Source: an uncultured Clostridia bacterium
GTDB taxonomy: Bacteria > Bacillota > Clostridia > Christensenellales > UBA1242
Reading direction: 5' to 3'
NCBI GenBank assembly: GCA_947588355.1
Contig: CANPYI010000001.1
Coordinates: forward strand, 77,771 to 141,770
Length of the DNA: 64,000 bases
Below are positions 1-7,708 of this stretch, in pieces. Both the position numbers and the translations under genes were made by a program. Numbering within the stretch: the stretch's first letter is position 1; the number at the start of each line of letters is the position of its first letter. The notes below the pieces were generated by a model. That model was not told the DNA's origin and did no database searches. It saw only the letters and a program-made list of their open reading frames with translations.

Positions 1-887
1 TCTTTATATATGGAGTTTTTTATCACCATTTTGCCTTTTTTTGTGAAAGCAGTGCCGTTTCGGGCAATTCTTGTGCCAAGCACACAATCCATCATGTCAA
101 TTCCACGTGCAAAGCCTTCCACCAAACAATCCGGACTGCCTACACCCATCAAATAACGTGGTTGGTCGTGCGGCAAGATTGGGTGCAAAAAGTCCAGCAT
201 GTCGTACATAACAGATTTTTCTTCTCCGACTGAAAGTCCGCCAATTGCAATTCCACATTTTGCATAAGGTTTGCAATCTTCCACGCATTTTGCACGCAAA
301 TCCTTGTACAAGTTGCCTTGAACAATCGGAAAAAGGATTTGATTGCCACCCGCGTGAGCCTCTGCGCATTTTTCAAGCCAAATTTTTGTTAAATCCCTTG
401 CTTTTTCCGCCTCGGCATAAGTTGCCCCTGCCTCTGTGCATTGGTCAAGTGCCATGTTGATATCACTGCCAAGCGAGTGTTGAATCTCCATGCAAAGTTT
501 TGGCGTCATCATAAACTTTTGGCCGCTGAGGTGTGAGGCAAACTCCACCCCATTTTCACTGACTTTGCGAAGTTTTGACAAGGAAAACACCTGAAAGCCG
601 CCGCTGTCCGTAAGAATCGGCCTGTCCCAATTCATAAACTTGTGCAAGCCGCCTGCCTTTTCAATGATGTCGTGTCCCGGTCGCAAAAAAAGATGATAGG
701 TGTTGGACAAAATGATTTGTGCGTTCATTTCGTGCAAATCTTCCGGTCGCAAACCTTTTACAGTCGCTTGCGTGCCGACCGGCATATACACCGGTGTTTT
801 TATATCGCCGTGTGGCGTGTGAAAAATTCCGGCACGTGCGCCGGTCTTTTTACATTCTTTAATTATTTCAAATTTAAAATTTTCCAT
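1..887 (-). CDS. tgt: queuine tRNA-ribosyltransferase (3' end runs off the window)
   Basis: Own translation of the minus strand from ATG 885-887: MENFKFEIIKECKKTGARAGIFHTPHGDIKTPVYMPVGTQATVK...ILTDSGGFQVFSL...PRYLMGVGSP. Frame is open to position 1. Missing from the ORF track because it is truncated. Lies directly after queA. Confidence 0.9.
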   Translation of the reverse strand, partial: MENFKFEIIKECKKTGARAGIFHTPHGDIKTPVYMPVGTQATVKGLRPEDLHEMNAQIILSNTYHLFLRPGHDIIEKAGGLHKFMNWDRPILTDSGGFQVFSLSKLRKVSENGVEFASHLSGQKFMMTPKLCMEIQHSLGSDINMALDQCTEAGATYAEAEKARDLTKIWLEKCAEAHAGGNQILFPIVQGNLYKDLRAKCVEDCKPYAKCGIAIGGLSVGEEKSVMYDMLDFLHPILPHDQPRYLMGVGSPDCLVEGFARGIDMMDCVLGTRIARNGTAFTKKGKMVIKNSIYK

Positions 888-890
888 ATT

Positions 891-1934
891 CTACTCCAAA
901 AACATCGCGTCGCCAAACGAGAAAAAGCGATATTTTTCTTGAACTGCTGTTTTGTATAGCGCCAGAGTTTTGTCAACATCGCCCACAAATGCCGAAACAA
1001 GCATAATAAGTGTGCTTTCTGGCAAGTGAAAATTGGTGATAAGTGCGTCAACCATTTTGAATTTGTATGGCGGATAGATAAAAATCTGCGTTTCTCGTTT
1101 TTGAGGCACAAGTCTGCCATTTTGGTCAACTCCACTTTCCAAAACTCGAACAGAGGTTGTGCCAACCGCCACAACACGCCTACCCTCCGCTTTTGCTTTG
1201 TTTATTTTGTCCGCAACCGTCGGCGAAATCTCAAAATATTCGCTGTGCATTTCGTGATTCAAAATGTTGTCTTCCTTGACAGGACGAAAAGTCCCAAGTC
1301 CAACGTGCAGCAAAACTTCAACAACCTCCACACCCTTTTGTTTGATTTTTTCAAGCAAACTTGGTGTGAAATGTAGTCCTGCAGTTGGCGCGGCACTTGA
1401 CCCCTCCACTTTTGCGTACACGGTTTGATATCTGTCTTTATCTTTCAGTTTTTCCTTTATATATGGTGGCAGAGGCATGCTGCCGATTTCCATAAGATGT
1501 TCCTCAAAAGTCTTGTTTGGAGCATACTCAAAGCAAACTTTAAATGCCCCATAACTGCCTTTTTCGGTGATAACACATTTTATGTTTTCGTTGAAAACAA
1601 CCTCGGTGCCAATCTCGAGTCGTTTTGCGGGTTTGGCAATAACCTCCCAATTTTTAAGGTCAATCCGCTTTTGCAAAAGTATCTCAATTTTTGCGCCAGT
1701 TGAAGCCTTGAAACCATAAAGTCGTGCCGGCAAAACCTTTGTGTTGTTGATGACCAAAACATCGCCGGAGTGAAGAAAGTCAACTATGTCATAAAAATGT
1801 TTATGCTCAACTTTGCCGCTTGACCTGTTGTAGCATAAAAGACGCGAGTGGTCGCGTGGCTCGATAGGAGTTTGTGCAATCAATTTTTGTGGCAAATCGT
1901 AGAAATAAGTGCTTTTTAAAAAATTTTTGTCCAT
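891..1934 (-). CDS. queA: S-adenosylmethionine:tRNA ribosyltransferase-isomerase
   Basis: Stretches DFLHSGDVLVINNTKVLPARL, APTAGLHFT and RFFSFGDAMFL. Start set at the internal ATG (MDKNFLKSTYFYDLP) because the ORF-track 5' extension overlaps ruvB. Confidence 0.9.
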   Translation of the reverse strand: MDKNFLKSTYFYDLPQKLIAQTPIEPRDHSRLLCYNRSSGKVEHKHFYDIVDFLHSGDVLVINNTKVLPARLYGFKASTGAKIEILLQKRIDLKNWEVIAKPAKRLEIGTEVVFNENIKCVITEKGSYGAFKVCFEYAPNKTFEEHLMEIGSMPLPPYIKEKLKDKDRYQTVYAKVEGSSAAPTAGLHFTPSLLEKIKQKGVEVVEVLLHVGLGTFRPVKEDNILNHEMHSEYFEISPTVADKINKAKAEGRRVVAVGTTSVRVLESGVDQNGRLVPQKRETQIFIYPPYKFKMVDALITNFHLPESTLIMLVSAFVGDVDKTLALYKTAVQEKYRFFSFGDAMFLE

Positions 1935-1941
1935 AAAATTC

Positions 1942-2943
1942 CTAGTTTTCAGTATAAGGCAGCCCCAAATGTTTATATGCGGGCTCAAGTGCCACACGAC
2001 CTCTCGGTGTGCGAGCAATAAAGCCCAGTTGCAACAAATACGGCTCATACACATCTTCGATTGTGCCAGAGTCCTCACTTGTTGTCGCAGAAAGAGTGTC
2101 CAAACCTACAGGTCCTCCACCAAATTTGTTGATGATGCTATCCAAAATTTTGCGGTCAATAAAGTCAAGTCCAAGGTCATCAATCTCCATCTTTGCAAGC
2201 GCCTGATCGGTTATCTCTTTTGTAATTTTGCCGCTGCCAAGCACCTCTGCATAGTCGCGCACACGTTTCAAAAGTCTGTTTGCGATACGCGGAGTCCCCC
2301 GTGAACGTTTTGCAATATTCAAACTTGCATCGGCATCAATATCTATGTTCAAAATTCCGGCAGAACGAGTGATAATTTCTTGCAACTCGGCAGGCTCGTA
2401 CAACTCCAAACGACAAATCACGCCAAAACGGTCACGCAGCGGACCTGTCAACATTCCCGCTTTGGTTGTGGCTCCAATCAGTGTGAAAGGCTGTATTTTC
2501 AATCTCATGTTTTTTGCTGAAGGGCCTTTGCCGACAATAAAGTCCAAAGCAAAATCCTCCATTGCCGGATACAAAATCTCCTCCACACTTTTGTTCAAGC
2601 GATGAATTTCGTCAATAAACAAAACATCATTTTTGCCAAGATTGGTGAGTATTGCGGCAAGGTCAGCAGCATGCTCAATCGCCGGCCCAGATGTCACCTT
2701 AAATTGCGAGCCAAGTTCGTTTGCAATAATGTGTGCCAAAGTTGTCTTTCCAAGTCCTGGAGGGCCATACAAAAGCACATGGTCCAAGGCATCTTTTCTG
2801 GATTTTGCCGCTTGGATATAAACTTTCAAACTGTCTTTCACTTTTTGTTGACCGACATATTGCGTAAGTGCTGTTGGTCGCAAAGAGTTTTCAATCTCGG
2901 CATCTGTCCAATTTTTGCTGCTTGTAATAAATCTATCTTCCAT
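1942..2943 (-). CDS. ruvB: Holliday junction branch migration helicase RuvB
   Basis: Walker [12 protein letters not shown], Walker [11 protein letters not shown], 333 aa, downstream of ruvA. Confidence 0.95.
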   Translation of the reverse strand: MEDRFITSSKNWTDAEIENSLRPTALTQYVGQQKVKDSLKVYIQAAKSRKDALDHVLLYGPPGLGKTTLAHIIANELGSQFKVTSGPAIEHAADLAAILTNLGKNDVLFIDEIHRLNKSVEEILYPAMEDFALDFIVGKGPSAKNMRLKIQPFTLIGATTKAGMLTGPLRDRFGVICRLELYEPAELQEIITRSAGILNIDIDADASLNIAKRSRGTPRIANRLLKRVRDYAEVLGSGKITKEITDQALAKMEIDDLGLDFIDRKILDSIINKFGGGPVGLDTLSATTSEDSGTIEDVYEPYLLQLGFIARTPRGRVALEPAYKHLGLPYTEN

Positions 2944-2967
2944 AGTTTCCCCTTTTGGTCGTTTGCT

Positions 2968-3004
2968 ATATTTGGTGTATTATGCATGCATACTACACAA
3001 TATT
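2968..3004 (+). repeat. intergenic imperfect palindrome, copy a (ruvA|ruvB spacer)
   Basis: Core GGTGTATTATGCA-T-GCATACTACAC at 2974-2998 with AT-rich flanks. Same core recurs at seven other intergenic sites. Confidence 0.85.
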
Positions 3005-3008
3005 TTGT

Positions 3009-3608
3009 TTATTTTCCATATTCTTTTAAAACTTTCAAAATGATTTCTTCCGCAGTGCTGTTTTCGGTCATTTTGCTTCGAGCAAGTCTGTATGCCTCGT
3101 TTTTGTTGACTCCAAGATTGATAAGTGTTTGCACGGCATCATTCAAAACACCCTCATTAAAGTTTTCCATAATTGGCGAGTCTTCAAAATTGCCGGTGGA
3201 AACAGCAGTGATTTTGTCTTTAAGTTCCAGGCAAATTCGTTCGGCACTCTTTTTGCCAAGTCCTTTTATTTTTGAGAGCGCTGTGCTGTCGCCACTTGCT
3301 ATTGCAAGCATAAGGTCTGAAAGTTTGACACCTGAAAGCACGGCAATAGCACTTTTTGGTCCTATTCCAGAGACTGTGATAAGTTTTTCAAACATTGCCT
3401 TTTCTTCGGCAGTCGCAAAACCATACAAACATATCCCCGCATTTTCGCTGAATTGCAAATATGTCAAAACTTTTGCGGTTTCGCCCTCCATTGGCAGACT
3501 TGCAAGCGTGTTGTTGGAAATAGTAAGTTCAAAGCCTACTCCGTTTACATCAATGACAAGTTGATTTTCCCTTTTTTCTTCTATTGTTCCCACAAGAAAA
3601 GATATCAT
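3009..3608 (-). CDS. ruvA: Holliday junction DNA-binding protein RuvA
   Basis: 199 aa, N-terminus MISFLVGTIEEK, helix-hairpin-helix stretches GIGPKSAIAVLS and IKGLGKKSAERI. Lies between ruvC and ruvB. Confidence 0.9.
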   Translation of the reverse strand: MISFLVGTIEEKRENQLVIDVNGVGFELTISNNTLASLPMEGETAKVLTYLQFSENAGICLYGFATAEEKAMFEKLITVSGIGPKSAIAVLSGVKLSDLMLAIASGDSTALSKIKGLGKKSAERICLELKDKITAVSTGNFEDSPIMENFNEGVLNDAVQTLINLGVNKNEAYRLARSKMTENSTAEEIILKVLKEYGK

Positions 3609-3635
3609 AATGTTGCCCTCTTTTTGTTATGTATT

Positions 3636-4124
3636 TCAAATCATGTTGTTGTTAAGTTGCGGATTTATCTGACTGTGACATAGTGCCACCGCCAAGGCAT
3701 CGGCAGCATCGTCAGGTTTTGGAATTTTTTCCAGACCAAGCACTGCTTTCACCATAAATTGCATCTGTTTTTTGTCTGCACGGCCGTTGCCGGTGAGCGC
3801 TTGTTTGATTTGCATAGGTGTGTATTCAAAAATCTTGTCACAGAATTTTGTTGCAGTGAGCACAATCACTCCACGAGCCTCTGCCACGGGAATAACAGTC
3901 GTTTGGTTGTGAAAGTAAAAAAGTTCCTCTATTGCAACCTCGTCAGGACGATAACGCTCAAACAGAACACGCAAACTTTCTTCAATTCGCATCAACCTTA
4001 CAGGAAAACTTTCCTCTTTTGGAGTTTCAATAACGCCAAAATCAACGACTGCGTTGTTTCTGTGAGTGTCAATTATGCCAAAACCAACAATTCCGTAACC
4101 AGGGTCTATGCCTAAAATTCTCAT
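3636..4124 (-). CDS. ruvC: crossover junction endodeoxyribonuclease RuvC
   Basis: MRILGIDPGYGIVGFG RNase-H-fold N-terminus, C-terminal DAADALAVALCH, 162 aa. Confidence 0.9.
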   Translation of the reverse strand: MRILGIDPGYGIVGFGIIDTHRNNAVVDFGVIETPKEESFPVRLMRIEESLRVLFERYRPDEVAIEELFYFHNQTTVIPVAEARGVIVLTATKFCDKIFEYTPMQIKQALTGNGRADKKQMQFMVKAVLGLEKIPKPDDAADALAVALCHSQINPQLNNNMI

Positions 4125-4160
4125 GAAATTATTTTAATAAAAAACACCCCGCATTGTCAA
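4125..4160 (-). promoter_or_regulatory. sigma-A type promoter abutting the ruvC ATG (leaderless candidate)
   Basis: Minus strand reads TTGACA(4160-4155)-18 nt-TAAAAT(4136-4131)-AATTTC-ATG(4124). No SD in the 6-nt gap. Confidence 0.5.
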
Positions 4161-4175
4161 ACAAAAACGGAGTGT
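4137..4175 (-). terminator. intrinsic terminator after yebC
   Basis: Minus strand: ACACTCCG-16 nt loop-CGGGGTGT followed by TTTTTTATT. The loop contains the ruvC -35 hexamer. Confidence 0.55.
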
Positions 4176-4194
4176 TGTGGAATATAGTTTAGAT

Positions 4195-4920
4195 TTATTC
4201 TTCCTCCAAATTCACGTTGTGATAAACCTCTTGAACGTCGTCAAGGTCCTCAAGAGCATCAATCATGCGTTGGAATTTGCCTTGTTGCTCCTCATTCAAG
4301 TCAACATACATGTCTGGCACAAGTGCGGTTTCGCTTGAAACAACGTTGTAGCCCTTCTTCTCCAAGGCCTCTTGCATTTTTCCGTGCTCATTTGCCTCGG
4401 TTATGATTTCAACGCTTTCTTCATCTTCTTGAACATCAACGGCGCCAAGTTCTATGGCATCAAGCATAAGCGCCTCGCTGTCCTTCACGTCCACGACAAC
4501 CACAATTCCTTGACGTTTGAAAAGATATGACACACAACCATTGCTGCCCAAACTTCCGCCATGTTTGTCAAAAGCATGACGCACATCACCAGCAGTGCGG
4601 TTTTTGTTGTCGGTCAAGCATTCGACGATGACAGCAGAGCCGCCAACTCCATAGCCCTCGTAAGTGATAGCCTCGTAGTTTACGCCACCAAGTTCGCCTG
4701 CCGCTTTTTTGATAGAGCGCTCGATGTTGTCACTTGGCATGTTGTTTTGCTTTGCCTTTGCGATTATATCCTTCAACTTGCTGTTGACGTTAGGGTCACT
4801 TCCGCCCTGCTTTACGCAAACAGCAATCTCACGGCCAATCTTTGTGAAAATTTTGCCTCTTGCTGCATCTGTTTTTCCTTTTTTGGCCTGAATATTGTGC
4901 CATTTTGAATGTCCTGACAT
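4195..4920 (-). CDS. yebC: YebC/PmpR family DNA-binding transcriptional regulator
   Basis: MSGHSKWHNIQAKKGKTDAARGKIFTK N-terminus typical of the family, 241 aa, AAGGAG SD. Confidence 0.9.
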   Translation of the reverse strand: MSGHSKWHNIQAKKGKTDAARGKIFTKIGREIAVCVKQGGSDPNVNSKLKDIIAKAKQNNMPSDNIERSIKKAAGELGGVNYEAITYEGYGVGGSAVIVECLTDNKNRTAGDVRHAFDKHGGSLGSNGCVSYLFKRQGIVVVVDVKDSEALMLDAIELGAVDVQEDEESVEIITEANEHGKMQEALEKKGYNVVSSETALVPDMYVDLNEEQQGKFQRMIDALEDLDDVQEVYHNVNLEEE

Positions 4921-5017
4921 ACATTTCTCCTTAAAGTCAATAAAATCTACTTAGTTTTGATTATACATTTATTTATGAAAAAATCAAAATAATTTCTTGG
5001 ATATTTTAAAACAAAAA

Positions 5018-5767
5018 TCATTCCAAATTGTCTTTGGAAAGTTGATACATCACAATGCTTCCGCTGACACCTGCGTTAAGACTTTCTATCCCTTCTTTCA
5101 TAGGAATTTTCACCTTTTTGTAACACAAGTTTTCAATCTCTTGGCTGACCCCTTGTCCTTCGTTGCCAACAACAACACCAACATTGCTTGAAGGTTGAAA
5201 TTTGAAGACATTTTCGCCGTCCATATCGCAGCAAACAAGTTTGAGTTTGTTTGATTTGGCAAATTGGACAAAATCATCTTTTTTCATTTCAAAAATATTA
5301 CTCGAAAGCACCGTACCGACCGAACTTCTGATAAGTTTTTCGTTGCATTTTCGCACACAGTCAAGAAGAAAAACACACTCAAAGCCACATGCCTTTGCAG
5401 TTCTAATCAAAGTGCCGATATTTCCTGGATCTTGCAAACCATCAAGCACCAAAAAATTTTGAGTTGGAATTTTTGTCTCAAACTCATTTTGTTTGGCAAC
5501 GCACAAAATCTTTTGAGGTGTTTTTGTGTCCGAGAGTTGCTCGATAGTTTTTTGGTCAACCTTAAAAATCTTGACGGATTTGTTTATGGCAAAATTCAAC
5601 GCCAAAAACTCGCTTTCCTTCAAACTTGTCAAAAGATAAAGTGGATTGACAGATTTTTCTGCCAAAGCATCTTTGACAATTTTGACATTATCCAAAAAAA
5701 GCAAAGACTTGTTTTCTCGTTTTTGCTTTTTAAGTTCTGTTAAAAAATTTTTGCTTGCTTTTTCCAA
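5018..5767 (-). CDS. TrmH/SpoU family RNA 2'-O-methyltransferase
   Basis: SPOUT motifs LDGLQDPGNIGTLIRTA, VVGNEGQGVS, ESLNAGVSGSIVMY. Confidence 0.8.
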   Translation of the reverse strand: MEKASKNFLTELKKQKRENKSLLFLDNVKIVKDALAEKSVNPLYLLTSLKESEFLALNFAINKSVKIFKVDQKTIEQLSDTKTPQKILCVAKQNEFETKIPTQNFLVLDGLQDPGNIGTLIRTAKACGFECVFLLDCVRKCNEKLIRSSVGTVLSSNIFEMKKDDFVQFAKSNKLKLVCCDMDGENVFKFQPSSNVGVVVGNEGQGVSQEIENLCYKKVKIPMKEGIESLNAGVSGSIVMYQLSKDNLE

Positions 5768-5769
5768 AG

Positions 5770-6117
5770 TTATGCCTTCTTTGCAACTGCAACAAGTTCT
5801 GCAAATGCTTGAGGTTCTTTTACTGCCATGTCTGCAAGCACCTTGCGGTTAAGGTTTACATTTGCTTTTTTCAAACCATTGATAAAGCGTGAATAAGAAA
5901 TGTCATTTGCATGGCAACCAGCATTGATACGTGTGATCCAAAGTGAGCGGAAATCTCTTTTCTTGAGTTTTCTGCCAACAAAAGCATATTGGCCGCTTTT
6001 CATAACTTGTTCGCGTGCTGTGCGATAAAGTTTGCTTTTTGCGCCAAAGTATCCTTTTGCTTGTTTCAAAATTTTTCTGCGTTTTTTAACTGCGTTTACG
6101 CCTCTTTTAATTCTCAT
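5770..6117 (-). CDS. rplT: 50S ribosomal protein L20
   Basis: MRIKRGVNAVKKRRKILKQAKGYFGAKSKLYRTAREQV, 115 aa, in infC-rpmI-rplT order. Confidence 0.95.
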   Translation of the reverse strand: MRIKRGVNAVKKRRKILKQAKGYFGAKSKLYRTAREQVMKSGQYAFVGRKLKKRDFRSLWITRINAGCHANDISYSRFINGLKKANVNLNRKVLADMAVKEPQAFAELVAVAKKA

Positions 6118-6129
6118 GATAGCCTCCTG

Positions 6130-6324
6130 TTACTTTGCAAGAAGAGTCTTGATGTTCTGAGCATTTTTGCCAGCAATATAGGACCCTTTGCGAAGTTTAC
6201 GCTTGCGACTTTTGTTTTTGACTGTCAAGAAATGACCCTTTCCTGGTCTTGCAAACTTGACTTTTCCTGTGGCAGTGAGTGAAAATCTTTTCTTAACACC
6301 GCTGTGTGTTTTTTGTTTAGGCAT
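6130..6324 (-). CDS. rpmI: 50S ribosomal protein L35
   Basis: MPKQKTHSGVKKRF, 64 aa, basic, between infC and rplT. Confidence 0.95.
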   Translation of the reverse strand: MPKQKTHSGVKKRFSLTATGKVKFARPGKGHFLTVKNKSRKRKLRKGSYIAGKNAQNIKTLLAK

Positions 6325-6339
6325 TTGTCTGTTCTCCTT

Positions 6340-6852
6340 TTACACTTTTTTTGGACTGATTACGACGGAAACATTTTTTCCCATAACAACAGGTTCTTTG
6401 TCCACTGTGCCAAATTCTGAAAGTTGTTCGACAAACTTTTTGACATCTTCTACCGCATTTTTTGCATAGGCTTGTTCACGCCCTCTCATGCGCAGAGAAA
6501 CCTTCACTTTGTCGCCATCTTGCAAAATCTTTTGAGCGGCTTTCAGTTTAAAACTAACGTGATACTCGTCAATACGCATTGAAAGTTGGATTTCTTTGAT
6601 TTCGCTGATCTTTTGATTTTTGCGAAGTTCTTTTTCTTTTTTTATGGCATCGAATTTGTATTTGCCATAATCCATAAGTTTGCAAACAGGTGGAACTGCT
6701 TGTGGTGACATCAGCACCAGATCAAGCCCCGCTTGGTCCGCTTTGTCTTGCGCGGAAGCCTTTGAAAGCACGCCAAGTTGCTCGCCATTTTCACCAATAA
6801 GCCTTACCTCTTTTGCATAAATTTGGTCGTTGATTTGAAGTTCCTTGAAAAT
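6340..6852 (-). CDS. infC: translation initiation factor IF-3 (AUU start)
   Basis: IFKELQINDQIYAKEVRLIGENGEQLGV... Start assigned to ATT at 6850-6852, 9 nt after AAGGAG. The ORF-track ATG extension would run through the upstream terminator hairpin. An AUU start is the classic IF-3 autoregulatory feature. Confidence 0.85.
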   Translation of the reverse strand: MFKELQINDQIYAKEVRLIGENGEQLGVLSKASAQDKADQAGLDLVLMSPQAVPPVCKLMDYGKYKFDAIKKEKELRKNQKISEIKEIQLSMRIDEYHVSFKLKAAQKILQDGDKVKVSLRMRGREQAYAKNAVEDVKKFVEQLSEFGTVDKEPVVMGKNVSVVISPKKV

Positions 6853-7040
6853 TGTCGTAATCTCCTTTAAAAATAAAAATTCTGCAAAATTGCAGAATCC
6901 CCCAAAAATCAATCTTATATTGTCTTTGCGACAAACGTTATTGAATTTTTAACCATATCAAAACGAAATTCGATAGGTGAGAAGGGAAACTTCTGCTTTC
7001 TTACGGCAGATATAATATCATATAAAAAAGTGTTTGTCAA
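6853..7040 (-). promoter_or_regulatory. infC operon promoter plus leader with attenuator hairpin (L20-leader-like)
   Basis: Minus strand: TTGACA(7040-7035)-17 nt-TATTAT(7017-7012, TGA upstream). Leader contains CTGCCGTAAGAAAGCAG and a terminator ATTCTGCAAAATTGCAGAAT (6879-6898) plus U-run, just before the SD. Confidence 0.45.
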
Positions 7041-7060
7041 CAAATTTACAAAAATATCTT

Positions 7061-7642
7061 TTATTTTTTTTTATTTTTTTTCTTTTCGTGAAACTTTTTT
7101 GGTTTTCTTATATTTTTTTTGAGAAAATCAGTGAGCGAAAACTCCAAAACTTTTCCTGTTGCAAGCACTACCTTTTCACAGTTTTCAACTGCAAAGCCCT
7201 TGAGTACTGCCTTGCCAAAAATTGTCAGACCGGCAATCAAAGAACTGACGAGACAGGTCGCCAAAAAATAGACACTTGCTTGCTGAATATGCATGGCAAG
7301 AACCAAACTCACGCCTCCCGCACCGCTCAAAATTCCACAGATGTCACCTACAACATCTCCACAAAAAGAGGAAACTTTTTCTCTGTTTTTGCAAAGTTTG
7401 AGTGCGGTTTGAAACCCTTTTGAGGTTTTGTATTTTTCCAATTTTTCAAGCGAGGTTGAAGTGACAGCCACTCCTATCATGTCAAATATAGAGGCGAAAA
7501 CCATAAAAAACACAATGACAAAAAGCGAAAGACACACAGGCAAATTTGGAAACATGCTCTGCGACACAACACTGAAAAATATAGACAAAAATATGGAAAG
7601 AACAAAAGTTTTTATTGCCCAATTGAGATTGTGTATCTTCAT
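7061..7642 (-). CDS. membrane protein resembling a stand-alone DUF21 (CNNM/CorB transmembrane) domain
   Basis: Four predicted TM segments. ASIFDMIGVAVTSTSLEKLEKY...GDVVGDICGILSGAGG...TIFGKAVLKGFAVENCEKV resembles the DUF21 consensus by eye. No CBS or CorC part. Lys-rich tail. Confidence 0.4.
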   Translation of the reverse strand: MKIHNLNWAIKTFVLSIFLSIFFSVVSQSMFPNLPVCLSLFVIVFFMVFASIFDMIGVAVTSTSLEKLEKYKTSKGFQTALKLCKNREKVSSFCGDVVGDICGILSGAGGVSLVLAMHIQQASVYFLATCLVSSLIAGLTIFGKAVLKGFAVENCEKVVLATGKVLEFSLTDFLKKNIRKPKKFHEKKKNKKK

Positions 7643-7663
7643 AGTATAAGTATATTTTGAAGA

Positions 7664-7690
7664 AAGAAAAAATAGGACAAGACGTCCTAT
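7664..7690 (-). terminator. intrinsic terminator after the 845-aa ORF
   Basis: Minus strand ATAGGAC-GTCTT-GTCCTAT followed by TTTTTT. A second GTCCTATTTG copy sits at 7696-7705. Confidence 0.6.
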
Positions 7691-7708
7691 TTGCCTTGTC
7701 CTATTTGA

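Noticed and set aside
1935-2078. N-terminal extension of queA in the ORF track. Analogous extensions occur for rplS (31594-31686), frr (54506-54580), spoIIIAB (18380-18481), spoIIIAH (14809-14889), the small basic ORF (21393-21446) and the Rho-like ORF (59804-59923).
   Set aside because: The extensions overlap upstream genes, terminators or promoters and lack an SD. Internal ATGs preceded by a GGAGG-type SD give N-termini that match the families.
2602-3564. 320-aa plus-strand ORF spanning the ruvB/ruvA region
   Set aside because: It lies entirely antisense to two well-supported genes (RuvB, RuvA). Its composition is Ser/Phe/Leu/Cys-rich, typical of antisense frames in AT-rich DNA, and it has no SD.
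7643-7663. Possible eighth leaderless promoter for the DUF21-like gene (TATACT-TATACT-ATG at 7643-7654)
   Set aside because: A -10-like hexamer lies 6 nt from the ATG, but no acceptable -35 box is found at 16-18 nt spacing (the nearest, TTGTCC, is at about 20 nt). The region overlaps the upstream terminator. The evidence is too weak to count.
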